DNA of 64,000 nucleotides from an uncultured Faecalibacterium sp. (lineage in GTDB: Bacteria > Bacillota > Clostridia > Christensenellales > CAG-917): contig CAZBVO010000007.1 of NCBI GenBank assembly GCA_964495385.1, positions 5,171 through 69,170 on the forward strand. The letters run 5' to 3'. The stretch's first letter is position 1; every line of letters starts with the position of its first letter. Positions 8,494-17,658 of this stretch are shown here, piece by piece. A model generated the notes under the pieces. The model was not told the origin of the DNA. It saw nothing but the letters and a program-made list of their open reading frames with translations, and searched no databases. The translations under genes were made by a program, and so were the position numbers.

Positions 8494-9080
8494 TGTTTAT
8501 CCTCCATTCGTTTTGTTATTAAAGTTATAAATTTGTTTATTGTCAGTTTGACGTCTTCGCCGTCGCCAAACTTTTCGCCTTGCATAAATTTTTGAAAAAC
8601 CAATCCGAAGTACGATCCCAAAAGCAGAGCCGAAAGCTCCTTTGCCGAAAACTCCTTTTTTATAACGTCGTATTCGTTGCTTTGAGATATGGCTTTTTGA
8701 AGCGCATTGTCGATGTCCGAGAACTTGCACGGCTCGGCCGACAGCAGATTTTTGACAAACAGTTCCATGGCCAGATAAGGATACGGAGCGGTGTCTTCCA
8801 CCAACTGACAAAGCATAACCCTTTCAAAAACCCCACGGTTGCTTTTTTCGGACGAAGCCAAAAGGTCCTTTATTTCCTCGTCGGCAAGCTCGCGCAAAAG
8901 TTGATCGAGCGAACCGAAATGAGTGAAAAACGTGCTTCTCGAAATCCCCGTTTCGTGAGCGATGCGCTCTATTTTGACGTTTCCGATGCCCTCTTCTTCA
9001 AACAGCCTTTTTGCCGTATGCATTATTTGCTTGTGGGTAGTTGTCTTTTTCCCTTCCGTTTTCAACAGCGACTTTGCCAT
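8490..9080 (-). CDS. TetR/AcrR family transcriptional regulator
   Basis: 196 aa. N-terminal HTH IMHTAKRLFEEEGIGNVKIERIAHETGISRSTFFTHFGS. Its stop overlaps the aminotransferase start (ATGA at 8490-8493). Confidence 0.85.
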   Translation of the reverse strand: MAKSLLKTEGKKTTTHKQIMHTAKRLFEEEGIGNVKIERIAHETGISRSTFFTHFGSLDQLLRELADEEIKDLLASSEKSNRGVFERVMLCQLVEDTAPYPYLAMELFVKNLLSAEPCKFSDIDNALQKAISQSNEYDVIKKEFSAKELSALLLGSYFGLVFQKFMQGEKFGDGEDVKLTINKFITLITKRMEDKQ

Positions 9081-9308
9081 AATTCCCTTTTGTTTATATA
9101 TTATACTTTGATTTTACCATACCTATATTCCAAAAGTAAAGCGATTTTTGGACTAAAGTACAATTTTTAAGCGTTCCGCAAATTCTCTTTTTTGCGTTCG
9201 GCACCCGAAATTATGTTTGGTTTTTGGCGTTTTGTCGCACAAAACACCGTTTATATTCGGTATTTGTAAACGTAAACCAAAAATTTGTTTGAAATCGCCG
9301 TTATTTGC

Positions 9309-9337
9309 TTGACCTTATTTTTAATTCATAGTAAAAT
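9309..9337 (+). promoter_or_regulatory. Candidate sigma-A promoter for the MATE gene
   Basis: TTGACC (9309-9314), 17 nt spacer, TAAAAT (9332-9337). This leaves a ~150 nt leader before ATG 9489. Confidence 0.45.
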
Positions 9338-9488
9338 ACCGCTTGTTAAAACTTAAACACAAACAGACCTCATCGGAGGGCAGTATCTCGTAAGATTTGC
9401 CGGATAAGATGTGCGGAGTGGCGCAAAAGTCGTATTTGCGTCGTTAAGCTTCGTATTTCTTGTCCGTTTTTGTTTGTTTGGAGATTTT

Positions 9489-10832
9489 ATGAAAATTCAA
9501 CTTTCCGATCACTTCACCTACAAAAAGCTGTTCCGCTTTACTCTTCCGTCAATCGTAATGATGATTTTTACGTCTATTTACAGCGTCGTGGACGGTTATT
9601 TTATCTCAAACTACGTCGGCACGACGGAATTTTCGGCGGTGAATCTTATCATGCCGTTTACCCAAATTTTGGGGTGCTTCGGCTTTATGTTCGGCTCCGG
9701 CGGTTCGGCAATAATTTCACAGGCACTCGGCGAGGACGACAAGGAAAAAGCAAACAAGGTTTTTTCGATGTTGACTTATATTGCAATCGCCGTGGGCGTG
9801 GTGTTTGCCGTGGCGGGCATCGCATTTACAAAGCCTATTGCCCTTTTGCTGGGCGCCGACGAAGAATTGTTGCCGCACTCGGTGCTTTATGCCCGCATAT
9901 TGCTGCTGACGTTGCCGGCGTTTATGTTGCAAAACATGTTCCAAAGCTTTTTGATTACGGCCGAAAAACCTAATTTGGGCCTGTTTGTAACAATTTTGGC
10001 AGGCGTTACAAACATGATTTTGGACGCATTGTTCGTGATTGTTTTCAAATGGAGCATCGTGGGTGCGGCCGCCGCAACCTGTATCGCACAATGCGTAGGA
10101 GGCGTTTTGCCGCTGATATATTTCCTGCGAAAAAACAGCAGCCTGCTGCGACTCGGGAAAACCGATTTCGACGGGCACTCTCTTCTTCACACCTGCACAA
10201 ACGGTTCGTCCGAGCTTGTAACCAACGTTTCGGCTTCCGTCGTTTCCATGCTCTACAACGCACAGCTGATGAAGCTGACGGGAAAAGACGGCGTTGCGGC
10301 TTACGGCGCGGTTATGTACGTAAGCTTCATCTTTATCGCCATATTCCTCGGCTATTCCATAGGCGTTGCCCCGGTTGTGGGCTATCACTACGGCGCCGAC
10401 GACGAAGAAGAACTGAAAAATCTGTTCAAAAAAAGCAATATTTTGATTGCCGCGTCAAGCGTCGTGCTGGCAGTTGCGGCGTTTTTGCTGGCGAAACCTC
10501 TTGCGGAATTTTTTATCGGGGCCGAAAATGCCGCCGAAAGTCCGCATCTTATCGAAATGACAATCGACGCTTTCCGCTACTTTGCGGTTGCGGTACTGTT
10601 TAGCGGATTCACCATTTTCGGTTCGGCATTCTTCACCGCTCTCGGCAACGGATTTGTGTCGGCGGCAATTTCTTTCCTCCGCACGTTGGTTTTCCAAATT
10701 GCCTCGGTGCTTATTTTGCCGAAGCTGTTCGGTCTTGACGGCATATGGTACTCGCTGTTCGTTGCGGAATTTCTTGCTATGATCGTAACTTTCGTATTCT
10801 TCGTGGCAAAACGCAAACAATATCGCTATTAG
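9489..10832 (+). CDS. MATE family efflux transporter
   Basis: Start moved to ATG 9489 (GGAG upstream). The N-terminus FRFTLPSIVMMIFTSIYSVVDGYFISNYVG and a 12-TM-like profile are typical of MATE. Confidence 0.85.
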   Translation: MKIQLSDHFTYKKLFRFTLPSIVMMIFTSIYSVVDGYFISNYVGTTEFSAVNLIMPFTQILGCFGFMFGSGGSAIISQALGEDDKEKANKVFSMLTYIAIAVGVVFAVAGIAFTKPIALLLGADEELLPHSVLYARILLLTLPAFMLQNMFQSFLITAEKPNLGLFVTILAGVTNMILDALFVIVFKWSIVGAAAATCIAQCVGGVLPLIYFLRKNSSLLRLGKTDFDGHSLLHTCTNGSSELVTNVSASVVSMLYNAQLMKLTGKDGVAAYGAVMYVSFIFIAIFLGYSIGVAPVVGYHYGADDEEELKNLFKKSNILIAASSVVLAVAAFLLAKPLAEFFIGAENAAESPHLIEMTIDAFRYFAVAVLFSGFTIFGSAFFTALGNGFVSAAISFLRTLVFQIASVLILPKLFGLDGIWYSLFVAEFLAMIVTFVFFVAKRKQYRY

Positions 10833-10864
10833 GTCGTTTCTAACCCCCAAAAACAAACGACCGA

Positions 10865-10892
10865 AAAGGACGAGCCTCCGCTCGTCCTTTTT
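10865..10892 (+). terminator. Intrinsic terminator after MATE gene
   Basis: AAAGGACGAG (10865-10874) pairs perfectly with CTCGTCCTTT (10881-10890), followed by TT. Confidence 0.8.
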
Positions 10893-10930
10893 ATGTGTCT
10901 TACTGTTTGATAAAATCATCCGAATGCCCG

Positions 10931-10970
10931 AAAAAAACAAAACGAACTCGATTGAGTTCGTTTTATTTTT
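10931..10970 (-). terminator. Intrinsic terminator after tRNA-Val
   Basis: AACGAACTC (10941-49) pairs with GAGTTCGTT (10954-62). On the minus strand the hairpin is followed by TTTTGTTTTTTT. Confidence 0.75.
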
Positions 10971-10973
10971 GTA

Positions 10974-11050
<77 letters not shown>

Positions 11051-11132
11051 ATGTGAATATTATCTTACACTAAAAAACCGATTGTGGCAAGCAAAATAAA
11101 GCGGTTTTTCGGCGAAAGATAATTTTTTTGCT

Positions 11133-11729
11133 TCAGCCGACAAGCCCTTTTATAAATATTTCCAATCCGATGGCAACCAAAATGACGCCGCCCACGATTT
11201 CGGACTTGTCCGAAAACTTGCTTCCGATTTTTTTGCCCAAAAACGAGCCGCCCGTACAAAAGCCGAAAGTTACCGCCGAAATGATAAGCGAGGCTACAAG
11301 CGCGGAAATCGCATCGTACTCGGCTATGGTAAAGCCTACGGACAAAGCGTCGATGGACGTCGCCACGCCCTGCACCAGCAAAGTTCCGAAACCGATAGAG
11401 TTTTGCTCTTCCGTTTGACTTTCGCTGTCTGCCTTGCTTTTTTTGATGCCTTCAAAAATCATTTTTCCGCCGATATAGCTCAACAAAACAAGTGCAATCC
11501 ACGGGATAAACTTTTCAAACGCCGAAAATTTTTCGGCAACGGCATGCACGCACAGCCAACCTATCATCGGCATAGCGGCCTGGAAAAACGCAAACACGCC
11601 TGCCGTCAAAAACGCTTTTTTCTTTTTCATGTTCGGTTCGGCCAAAGCGTTTGACACCGACACCGAAAAAGCATCCATCGTAAGCCCTACGCCCAAAAGA
11701 ATGCTGTTTAAAATAAACACAAAATCCAT
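11133..11729 (-). CDS. mntP: Manganese efflux pump MntP
   Basis: 198 aa. MntP-type duplicated halves: GVGLTMDAFSVSVSNA and GVATSIDALSVGFT. Confidence 0.85.
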   Translation of the reverse strand: MDFVFILNSILLGVGLTMDAFSVSVSNALAEPNMKKKKAFLTAGVFAFFQAAMPMIGWLCVHAVAEKFSAFEKFIPWIALVLLSYIGGKMIFEGIKKSKADSESQTEEQNSIGFGTLLVQGVATSIDALSVGFTIAEYDAISALVASLIISAVTFGFCTGGSFLGKKIGSKFSDKSEIVGGVILVAIGLEIFIKGLVG

Positions 11730-11791
11730 TTGTTTCCATCCCTATCCGCAAAAGCGGAAAATATCCACCGCCTCGGCGATGGATAATTTTT

Positions 11792-13309
11792 TTATTTTGC
11801 CCTTGGTTTCATTGTCGGGAACAGTATGACGTCCCTGATGCTTGCGCTGTCGGTCAACAGCATAACCAATCTGTCTACACCAAAGCCCAGTCCGCCCGTA
11901 GGAGGCATGCCGTACTCAAGTGCCGTAACAAAGTCCTCGTCGATTTGCGCATCTACGCCGCCTGCGGCGCGTTTTGCTTCGACCTGACGGGTGAAACGCT
12001 CAAGCTGGTCGATAGGATCGTTAAGTTCGCTGAACGCATTTCCCATCTCTCTTGCATAGATAAAGTATTCAAAACGCTCGGTAAACGCCGGGTTTGACGG
12101 TTTGCGCTTTGCAAGCGGTGAATTTTCGACAGGATAATCGTAGATGATGGTAGGCTGAATAAGTTTGTCTTCGACGGTCTCGTCAAAGAAGGCAATAAGC
12201 ACGTGGCCTTTGGTTGCCTTGTCGCCTTCCGGAACTTCGATGCCTGCTTTTTTTGCCGCCAAACGAGCTTCTTCGTCGGTAGCCCAATCGTTGTAATCGA
12301 CCCCGGCAAACTTCTTGACTGCCTCAACCATGGTAAGCCTTTCCCAAGGTTTGCCCATATCTATAGGCGTTCCCTGATAGGTGATTTCGGTGGTGCCGCA
12401 AACGTCCAAAGTGAGTTTGCGATACATATCCTCTATAAGGTTCATCATGTCCTTATAGTCGCTGTAAGCCTGGTACATTTCGACGGTGGTGAACTCAGGA
12501 TTGTGGCTTCTGTCCATACCTTCGTTGCGGAAAATACGCCCCACTTCGTAAACCTTGCCGAAGCCGCCCACGATAAGACGTTTCAAATAAAGTTCGGTTT
12601 CGATGCGAAGGAACATGTCGATGCCGAGCGCATTGTGGAAGGTTTTGAAAGGACGTGCCGATGCGCCTATTTCAAGCGTCTGCAAAACAGGGGTGTCCAC
12701 TTCCAAATAGCCCATTTGATCCAAATACTTTCTGATTCCGGACAAAATTTTGCTTCTGGCAACAAACGTATCCTTAACTTCCGGGTTGGCAATAAGGTCC
12801 AGCTCCCTTTGACGGTAGCGGGTGTCCTCGTCTCTAAGGCCGTGGAATTTTTCAGGCAGAGGTCGTAAGGATTTGCTCAAAAGCACCATGCTTTTTGCAT
12901 GCACGGTGATTTCGCCCATTTTGGTTGTGAAAACAAAGCCTTCCAAACCGACGATGTCACCTATGTCGTAAACTTTTTTGAAGTCGGCATAGTTTTCCTC
13001 GCCCAAATCGTCGCGGCTGACGTAGCACTGAATGCGGCCCTTGCTGTCCATAATGTGAGCAAAACTTGCTTTGCCCATAATGCGTTTGGACATAATTCTG
13101 CCGGCAATTTTCACGGTTTTGCCCTCGAATTCGGCATAATTACCCACTATGTCGCTGCTGGTTGCGTTCACGTCGTACTTGACGATTTCAAACGGATTTT
13201 TGCCCGCCGCCTGCAAATCGGAAAGTTTGTCTCTTCTTATCTTAAATATCTCGTTTAATTCCGCCTCTTCCGCCAAAACGTCAGGGGCCAGAACTTCCTT
13301 GTCCGCCAT
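11792..13309 (-). CDS. lysS: Lysine--tRNA ligase (class II)
   Basis: 505 aa. It has an OB anticodon-binding N-domain and class II motifs (FRNEGMDRSHNPEFTTVEMY, GGLGFGVDRLVMLL). Confidence 0.95.
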   Translation of the reverse strand: MADKEVLAPDVLAEEAELNEIFKIRRDKLSDLQAAGKNPFEIVKYDVNATSSDIVGNYAEFEGKTVKIAGRIMSKRIMGKASFAHIMDSKGRIQCYVSRDDLGEENYADFKKVYDIGDIVGLEGFVFTTKMGEITVHAKSMVLLSKSLRPLPEKFHGLRDEDTRYRQRELDLIANPEVKDTFVARSKILSGIRKYLDQMGYLEVDTPVLQTLEIGASARPFKTFHNALGIDMFLRIETELYLKRLIVGGFGKVYEVGRIFRNEGMDRSHNPEFTTVEMYQAYSDYKDMMNLIEDMYRKLTLDVCGTTEITYQGTPIDMGKPWERLTMVEAVKKFAGVDYNDWATDEEARLAAKKAGIEVPEGDKATKGHVLIAFFDETVEDKLIQPTIIYDYPVENSPLAKRKPSNPAFTERFEYFIYAREMGNAFSELNDPIDQLERFTRQVEAKRAAGGVDAQIDEDFVTALEYGMPPTGGLGFGVDRLVMLLTDSASIRDVILFPTMKPRAK

Positions 13310-13320
13310 GATAACCTCTC

Positions 13321-13794
13321 TTAGTCGATGCTTATGGAGATGATTTTGTACTTCAAAACTCCGCTTGGGGTGTTTACTTCAACAACGGCACCCTTCTTTT
13401 TGCCGATGAGGGCCTGTCCGATAGGGGATTCGTTGCTGATTTTGTTGTTCAGAATGTCTGCTTCGCTGCTGCCTACGAGTTTGATTTCGACTTTTTCGTC
13501 GAATTCGACGTCGAGCAACTTGACGATGCTGCCGATAGAAACGGTTTTGCTGTCCAAGTTGGATTCGTCGATGATTTTTGCGTTACGGAGTTTTTCGGCA
13601 ATTTCCTTGATTTCCTGTTCCATAAACGCTTGCTCGTTTTTGGCTGCGTCGTATTCGGCGTTTTCCGAAAGGTCGCCGTATTCGCGAGCGACTTTGATTT
13701 TTTCGCTCATTTCGGCACGGCCCTGACTTGTAAGATAGTCCAACCTTTCCTGAAGTTCGTCATAACCTTTTTGAGTTAAAAAGATATCTTCCAT
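13321..13794 (-). CDS. greA: Transcription elongation factor GreA
   Basis: 157 aa. LTQKGYDELQERLDYL, AREYGDLSENAEYDAAK, C-terminal FKBP-like fold. It lies 11 nt upstream of lysS. Confidence 0.95.
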   Translation of the reverse strand: MEDIFLTQKGYDELQERLDYLTSQGRAEMSEKIKVAREYGDLSENAEYDAAKNEQAFMEQEIKEIAEKLRNAKIIDESNLDSKTVSIGSIVKLLDVEFDEKVEIKLVGSSEADILNNKISNESPIGQALIGKKKGAVVEVNTPSGVLKYKIISISID

Positions 13795-13849
13795 AAATAT
13801 GCCTCCGCTTATTACTACATAAATTTAGTTTTATAGTTTAGATTTGTAA

Positions 13850-13878
13850 ATTATAGCAAAGTCGCCGACGTTTGTCAA
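13850..13878 (-). promoter_or_regulatory. Consensus sigma-A promoter for greA-lysS
   Basis: The minus strand reads TTGACA (13878-13873), 17 nt spacer, TATAAT (13855-13850). Confidence 0.7.
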
Positions 13879-13888
13879 GTTTCACCGA

Positions 13889-14578
13889 CTAAACTTCTTC
13901 TATTTGTTCGATACTGACGAGGTTATTTTGGTATTTTTTGAAAATTTCGTCGATTTGTTTTACCGACAGTATCCCCGAAGTTACGATGCACACGTCCGCA
14001 ATAAGCTTGCCGTCTTCGTACTTAGCTTTGTAATTTGACACTTTCGGGTTGTCGAATTCGGCCGAAATGCGATCGACAAGGTCGTCCGTTTCCATCCACA
14101 ACCTAAGTTTTACCGTCGCAAGATGTCGGGTGGCGAAGGCCTTTATAGGCAAATGGAAAACAAACTGCAAAACCAATATCAAAAACGTTGCAAAAACGCC
14201 CGTGACGATAAACCCTGCGCCTATGGCCATGCCTATGGCCGAAGTGGCCCATATTCCTGCCGCCGTCGTTACGCCGCGCATAGCGTCGCGTCGGAACATA
14301 ATTATGCCCGAACCCAAAAATCCTATACCCGTAACGACCTGCGCCGCAATACGGCTCGGATCGCCCGTCGTACCTGCTCCGCCAAAATCCGGCGAAGTAA
14401 GATACTTGGAAACAATCATAAACATTGCCACCGCCATACTGACTATGGCGTGCGTCCTGATGCCTGCCTCTTTGCTTCGGTTTTTACGCTCGAATCCTAT
14501 CACGATGCCGCAAATAACGGCAACAACAAGCCTGACCAAAAAGTGCCAAACCGACGAATTGAAATCAACAATCCACAT
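13889..14578 (-). CDS. MgtC/SapB family membrane protein
   Basis: Start moved to ATG 14578 (GGAGGGG upstream). The MgtC core is FERKNRSKEAGIRTHAIVSMAVA...GIGFLGSGIIM, followed by a soluble C-terminal domain. Confidence 0.8.
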   Translation of the reverse strand: MWIVDFNSSVWHFLVRLVVAVICGIVIGFERKNRSKEAGIRTHAIVSMAVAMFMIVSKYLTSPDFGGAGTTGDPSRIAAQVVTGIGFLGSGIIMFRRDAMRGVTTAAGIWATSAIGMAIGAGFIVTGVFATFLILVLQFVFHLPIKAFATRHLATVKLRLWMETDDLVDRISAEFDNPKVSNYKAKYEDGKLIADVCIVTSGILSVKQIDEIFKKYQNNLVSIEQIEEV

Positions 14579-14612
14579 ATTTCCCCTCCGTGTATATGTT
14601 TGCTTCAACACT

Positions 14613-14642
14613 ATTATATAGTATACACAGCAGGCGTGTCAA
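14613..14642 (-). promoter_or_regulatory. Candidate sigma-A promoter for mgtC-family gene
   Basis: The minus strand reads TTGACA (14642-14637), 18 nt spacer, TATAAT (14618-14613). Confidence 0.5.
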
Positions 14643-14665
14643 CGGCAAACGTAAAAAATAAAACA

Positions 14666-14701
14666 AATATTGCCGTCCTTTGTCCAAAAGACGGCAATAT
14701 T
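14666..14701 (-). terminator. Intrinsic terminator after collagen-like gene
   Basis: AATATTGCCGTC (14666-77) pairs perfectly with GACGGCAATATT (14690-701); 12 bp stem, T-rich flank. Confidence 0.8.
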
Positions 14702-14717
14702 TTGACAAAATGGCCGT

Positions 14718-15338
14718 TTAAAGTTTCAAAACGGTTATATAAGCGTTCGAAAACGTCGCTTCGGCCGACGAACCGTTGTAAAGTCCCAAGGTGGTTCCGT
14801 CACCGACGGCGATCACCACTATAGTCTTTTGTGCACCGGTTATTTCGCTTGCCGCGGCCGTCACTGTAAGGCTCTCGCCCGAAAGTGCACTGCCGTTTCG
14901 ATAAAGGTTGACTGTCAACGTTCCGGCATCCGTCCTCGATCCCTCGAAGCCGTAGGAAACAAGGTAGTTTCCCGTCGGCAAAATCACGTTGTTGCCTCCG
15001 ACGGCCATATCTGTTCCGTCAGTTGAGGTGTTTAAAGTCAGCGGCACTTGCGCTTCTGCGGCAACCGTTGCGGCATCTGCGCTCGCATAGATTGCTTCTG
15101 CGCTTCCGCTTGGGCCTTGCGGACCCTGCGGTCCCGTTGCGCCCGTCGCGCCGGTGGCACCTGTTGCGCCAGTAGCTCCCGTCGGACCTTGCGGTCCTGT
15201 GGCTCCCTGCGGCCCCATAGGTCCCATAGGTCCCTGTGGGCCCGTCGGCCCTATCGGGCCACGGGGCCCGACCAAACAGCATCCGTTGCACCCTGTGCAT
15301 ACAACTTGTCTAAAACAATTCACGGCATATACCTCCAA
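14718..15338 (-). CDS. Collagen-like triple-helix repeat protein with BclA/C1q-like C-terminal domain
   Basis: The track ORF starts at TTG 15338. GTG at 15323 sits 8 nt after GGAGG and is the more likely start. It has 18 uninterrupted G-X-Y triplets, then a ~125 aa beta-rich C-domain like exosporium BclA-type proteins. Confidence 0.8.
   Translation of the reverse strand: MEVYAVNCFRQVVCTGCNGCCLVGPRGPIGPTGPQGPMGPMGPQGATGPQGPTGATGATGATGATGATGPQGPQGPSGSAEAIYASADAATVAAEAQVPLTLNTSTDGTDMAVGGNNVILPTGNYLVSYGFEGSRTDAGTLTVNLYRNGSALSGESLTVTAAASEITGAQKTIVVIAVGDGTTLGLYNGSSAEATFSNAYITVLKL
15108..15269 (-). repeat. G-X-Y collagen triplet array (18 triplets, including GAT x5)
   Basis: [55 protein letters not shown]. 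At the DNA level it is a low-complexity 9 bp periodic tract. Confidence 0.9.
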
Positions 15339-15413
15339 ATTTTATGTACGTTGCCGCCACTAACAAACTATGAAAGGCATTTGATTTTGGTGAAAAGTTT
15401 TTAAATCGGCATT

Positions 15414-15442
15414 AAAAAACCGCCCTTTCGGGCGGAATTTTT
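15414..15442 (-). terminator. Intrinsic terminator after ECF S-component gene
   Basis: CCGCCC (15420-25) / GGGCGG (15030+400-35, i.e. 15430-35) stem with A-run and T-run flanks. Confidence 0.75.
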
Positions 15443-15959
15443 ATTCTTTTTCAAGATAAGATTTGCAACGCTCAGGCAGCTTTGCGAATATCGACAGCAA
15501 CGAGAAGATTACCACTGCAACTGCTCCTTGCAACAGGTCGAACGGAATTGCCGACGCAACCGCCGAAAATTGCCAATTGTCAAGGCCTGCGTTTACCACA
15601 AAATAGCCGCCCGCCATCAAAAGCTCGGCAGGGATTGCCGACAGCGGGTATTTCAGTGCAGGTTTCAAGTTTTTCAAACCTTTAAGCATAAAAAATGCAA
15701 CCACGGCAACCAACGCTTTTACGATAAGCGTGAAAGGCGCGTACGAAACGTAACCGGTAAATACGTCTGCAAGTGCGGCGCCGACTCCGGATGCGATTAC
15801 CGCATACGGGAGAGGCAGACATGCGGCAGACATCAAAATAACCGCATCGCCGAAGTTGATGTTTCCGATTGCAAGAGGAATGTGAATCATTGTAAAAACT
15901 GCCGTCAAAGCAGTAAACATCCCTGCAAAAGCCAAGTTTTTTGTTGTTGATTTTTTCAT
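15441..15959 (-). CDS. ECF transporter substrate-specific (S) component, substrate unknown
   Basis: 172 aa, about 5-6 TM. Size and pattern are S-component-like (NLAFAGMFTALTAVFTMI..., GAALADVFTG). No ecfA/ecfT genes are adjacent. Confidence 0.55.
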   Translation of the reverse strand: MKKSTTKNLAFAGMFTALTAVFTMIHIPLAIGNINFGDAVILMSAACLPLPYAVIASGVGAALADVFTGYVSYAPFTLIVKALVAVVAFFMLKGLKNLKPALKYPLSAIPAELLMAGGYFVVNAGLDNWQFSAVASAIPFDLLQGAVAVVIFSLLSIFAKLPERCKSYLEKE

Positions 15960-15974
15960 TGTTTTATAGTCCTC

Positions 15975-17657
15975 CTAATGTTGTTTAATAATTCTTCTGA
16001 CCACGTTCAACACTGCGTTGTATCTATCTTCCACTTCCGATTCCGTGACGCCGAATAAACCTTCTTTTTTGATTCCGCCGTCCACGAAAACCGAATCAAT
16101 TCCCTTTGTTGCAAAGCTTGTTGCGTCGGCATATCTTCGCTGTTCGACAACCTTTTCGACACTTAATCCGTTTTCTTTTAAAACATCAAATGCCGTTTCT
16201 GTCAATTTGTCGCTGTACACCAGGTTTAAAGCTTTATCCGATACGATAAGATCGCAATTGTTTTGCCTGAGTGCCGACACGTCCACAAACACCGGATTTA
16301 TCAGCAAATTGTCCTTGCCGAGATGTTCGGCCAAAAACGCTTCGCTGCCTTTTGCCCCCGCATAGCTGCTTCCGAAAGCAACCACAACCAGTCTGACGTT
16401 TGACGGCAATTCCTCGCGATTTATTTTGACGTGCTGAACGGCCGCAAGCGTTACCCCTAAGCCGCTTAAGGCGTTTTTGTTCATCCTTGCGCCGAGTTTG
16501 AAGTAGGTGACGTAAGTTGCCATATACGCCACGGCAACCGCAAGCGCAATAAATCCGACAAGCATAACAATCGCCTTCGGCCCCGTTTTAAGGAATATGC
16601 ACACCAGCGACAGCAGCGCAAGCAACAAATTGCAAGAAAGAAAGTACCACAACATTAAATTGTGAAATCCCGGGTTGTTTTGCTTGGAAATCCACTTCGG
16701 AAGCTCCATTCGGCCGTAGTCGGTATCGTAGTGGCAACCCAAAACAACGGTTTTGTCAATCCTGCGGCCCTTTTCTTCGATAACGCTTACCACGTTGTAA
16801 GAAGTGCGTTTAGGGAACAGCCCCGAAAAATCGTTTCGGTTTTTGAAAACCTGCACCCACAGCAGCAACGCAACCGCCGCAAACGACACAACCCCGAGAG
16901 GCGGCCATATACACGCCAACACAAACGCCAAAAGGCTTAATGCCGCAAAAACAGGCAAGCCTTGCGACGTCGAATAAGGCCTCACGTCAAAAGGTTCGAG
17001 GCGTGCGTATTCGCCTATTTCCTCTTCGATGACGTCACGGATGGCGGCCGCGGCACGTTTTTCTTCGGTGCTTCCGGCATAGCGAGCCTTCCCTGCTTCT
17101 TCAACCTTTTCGGCAACTTTGCCGTAGATATACTTTGCTCGGTCGACGTCGGTCGAGCGTTCGCCGCGAATGCGGTTCAAAAAGCGTTCTTCGGCGGTCA
17201 TAGGCCCGTCCGAAGGAACGTTGTGCGCCTGAGCCGTTTCGTTCTTCTCCGTGTCGATTTCGGCGGCCTGAACGACCTCGGAAGCTTTACTTTCTTCTTC
17301 AACCTCCGACTGCGTCGAACATTCTTCTTCCGAAGGAAGAACGTCTGCGGTTTTTAAGGCTTCGTTTACCTGGGCAAACACCTCCGACAAACCGTTCGGT
17401 CGATCTTGAATTTCGGCATCCTCTTGTTTCAAAAACTCGCACGCCAAAGCCTCGCCGTTTTGAGTTTTAGGCGTTTGGGCGCAAACCTCCTCGGTGCCGT
17501 TTTCCGAAATTTCGGCCGTAATTGCCGCCTCGCGGTTCAGGTCGGCCGGCTCGTCGTCGGACGGAAAATCCTCGGTCGACAAATCGACGTCGGTTACCAT
17601 CACCGTGTCCGTTTCGCCGACGAGGGCATTATCTTTTTTGCGTTTAAAAAGTTTCAT
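15975..17657 (-). CDS. Membrane protein with acidic N-terminal region and M28-peptidase-like, probably non-catalytic, domain
   Basis: 560 aa. About 190 aa of acidic low-complexity N-terminus, several TM helices, an HYDTDYG block and VVAFGSSYAGAKGSEAF where M28 enzymes carry G-x-E-E-x-G-L-x-GS. Confidence 0.45.
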   Translation of the reverse strand: MKLFKRKKDNALVGETDTVMVTDVDLSTEDFPSDDEPADLNREAAITAEISENGTEEVCAQTPKTQNGEALACEFLKQEDAEIQDRPNGLSEVFAQVNEALKTADVLPSEEECSTQSEVEEESKASEVVQAAEIDTEKNETAQAHNVPSDGPMTAEERFLNRIRGERSTDVDRAKYIYGKVAEKVEEAGKARYAGSTEEKRAAAAIRDVIEEEIGEYARLEPFDVRPYSTSQGLPVFAALSLLAFVLACIWPPLGVVSFAAVALLLWVQVFKNRNDFSGLFPKRTSYNVVSVIEEKGRRIDKTVVLGCHYDTDYGRMELPKWISKQNNPGFHNLMLWYFLSCNLLLALLSLVCIFLKTGPKAIVMLVGFIALAVAVAYMATYVTYFKLGARMNKNALSGLGVTLAAVQHVKINREELPSNVRLVVVAFGSSYAGAKGSEAFLAEHLGKDNLLINPVFVDVSALRQNNCDLIVSDKALNLVYSDKLTETAFDVLKENGLSVEKVVEQRRYADATSFATKGIDSVFVDGGIKKEGLFGVTESEVEDRYNAVLNVVRRIIKQH

Positions 17658-17658
17658 C

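Noticed and set aside
6727-8595. 622 aa + strand ORF
   Set aside because: It is exactly antisense to the aminotransferase gene. Its composition is V/F/R/A/C-rich and low-complexity, with no RBS. It is the mirror-frame artefact of a gene lacking antisense stop codons.
9338-9488. About 150 nt leader of the MATE gene as a guanidine/ykkC-type or other riboswitch
   Set aside because: It contains small hairpins (CCTC-atcg-GAGG; GCGCAAA..TTTGCGT) but none of the conserved cores I know, such as ACGR loops or the ykkC GGGA/CCGAGAG blocks. The promoter assignment itself is tentative.
11730-11791. yybP-ykoY manganese riboswitch upstream of mntP
   Set aside because: Only 62 nt are available and most of it is the lysS terminator hairpin. 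There is no room for the four-way junction element.
14579-14717. M-box magnesium riboswitch upstream of the MgtC-family gene
   Set aside because: The 139 nt gap is occupied by the collagen-gene terminator and a TTGACA-18-TATAAT promoter, leaving a leader of only about 30 nt.
15960-15974. preQ1 or other riboswitch ahead of the ECF S-component (if it were QueT)
   Set aside because: The gap is only 15 nt and the gene is evidently co-transcribed with the upstream gene.
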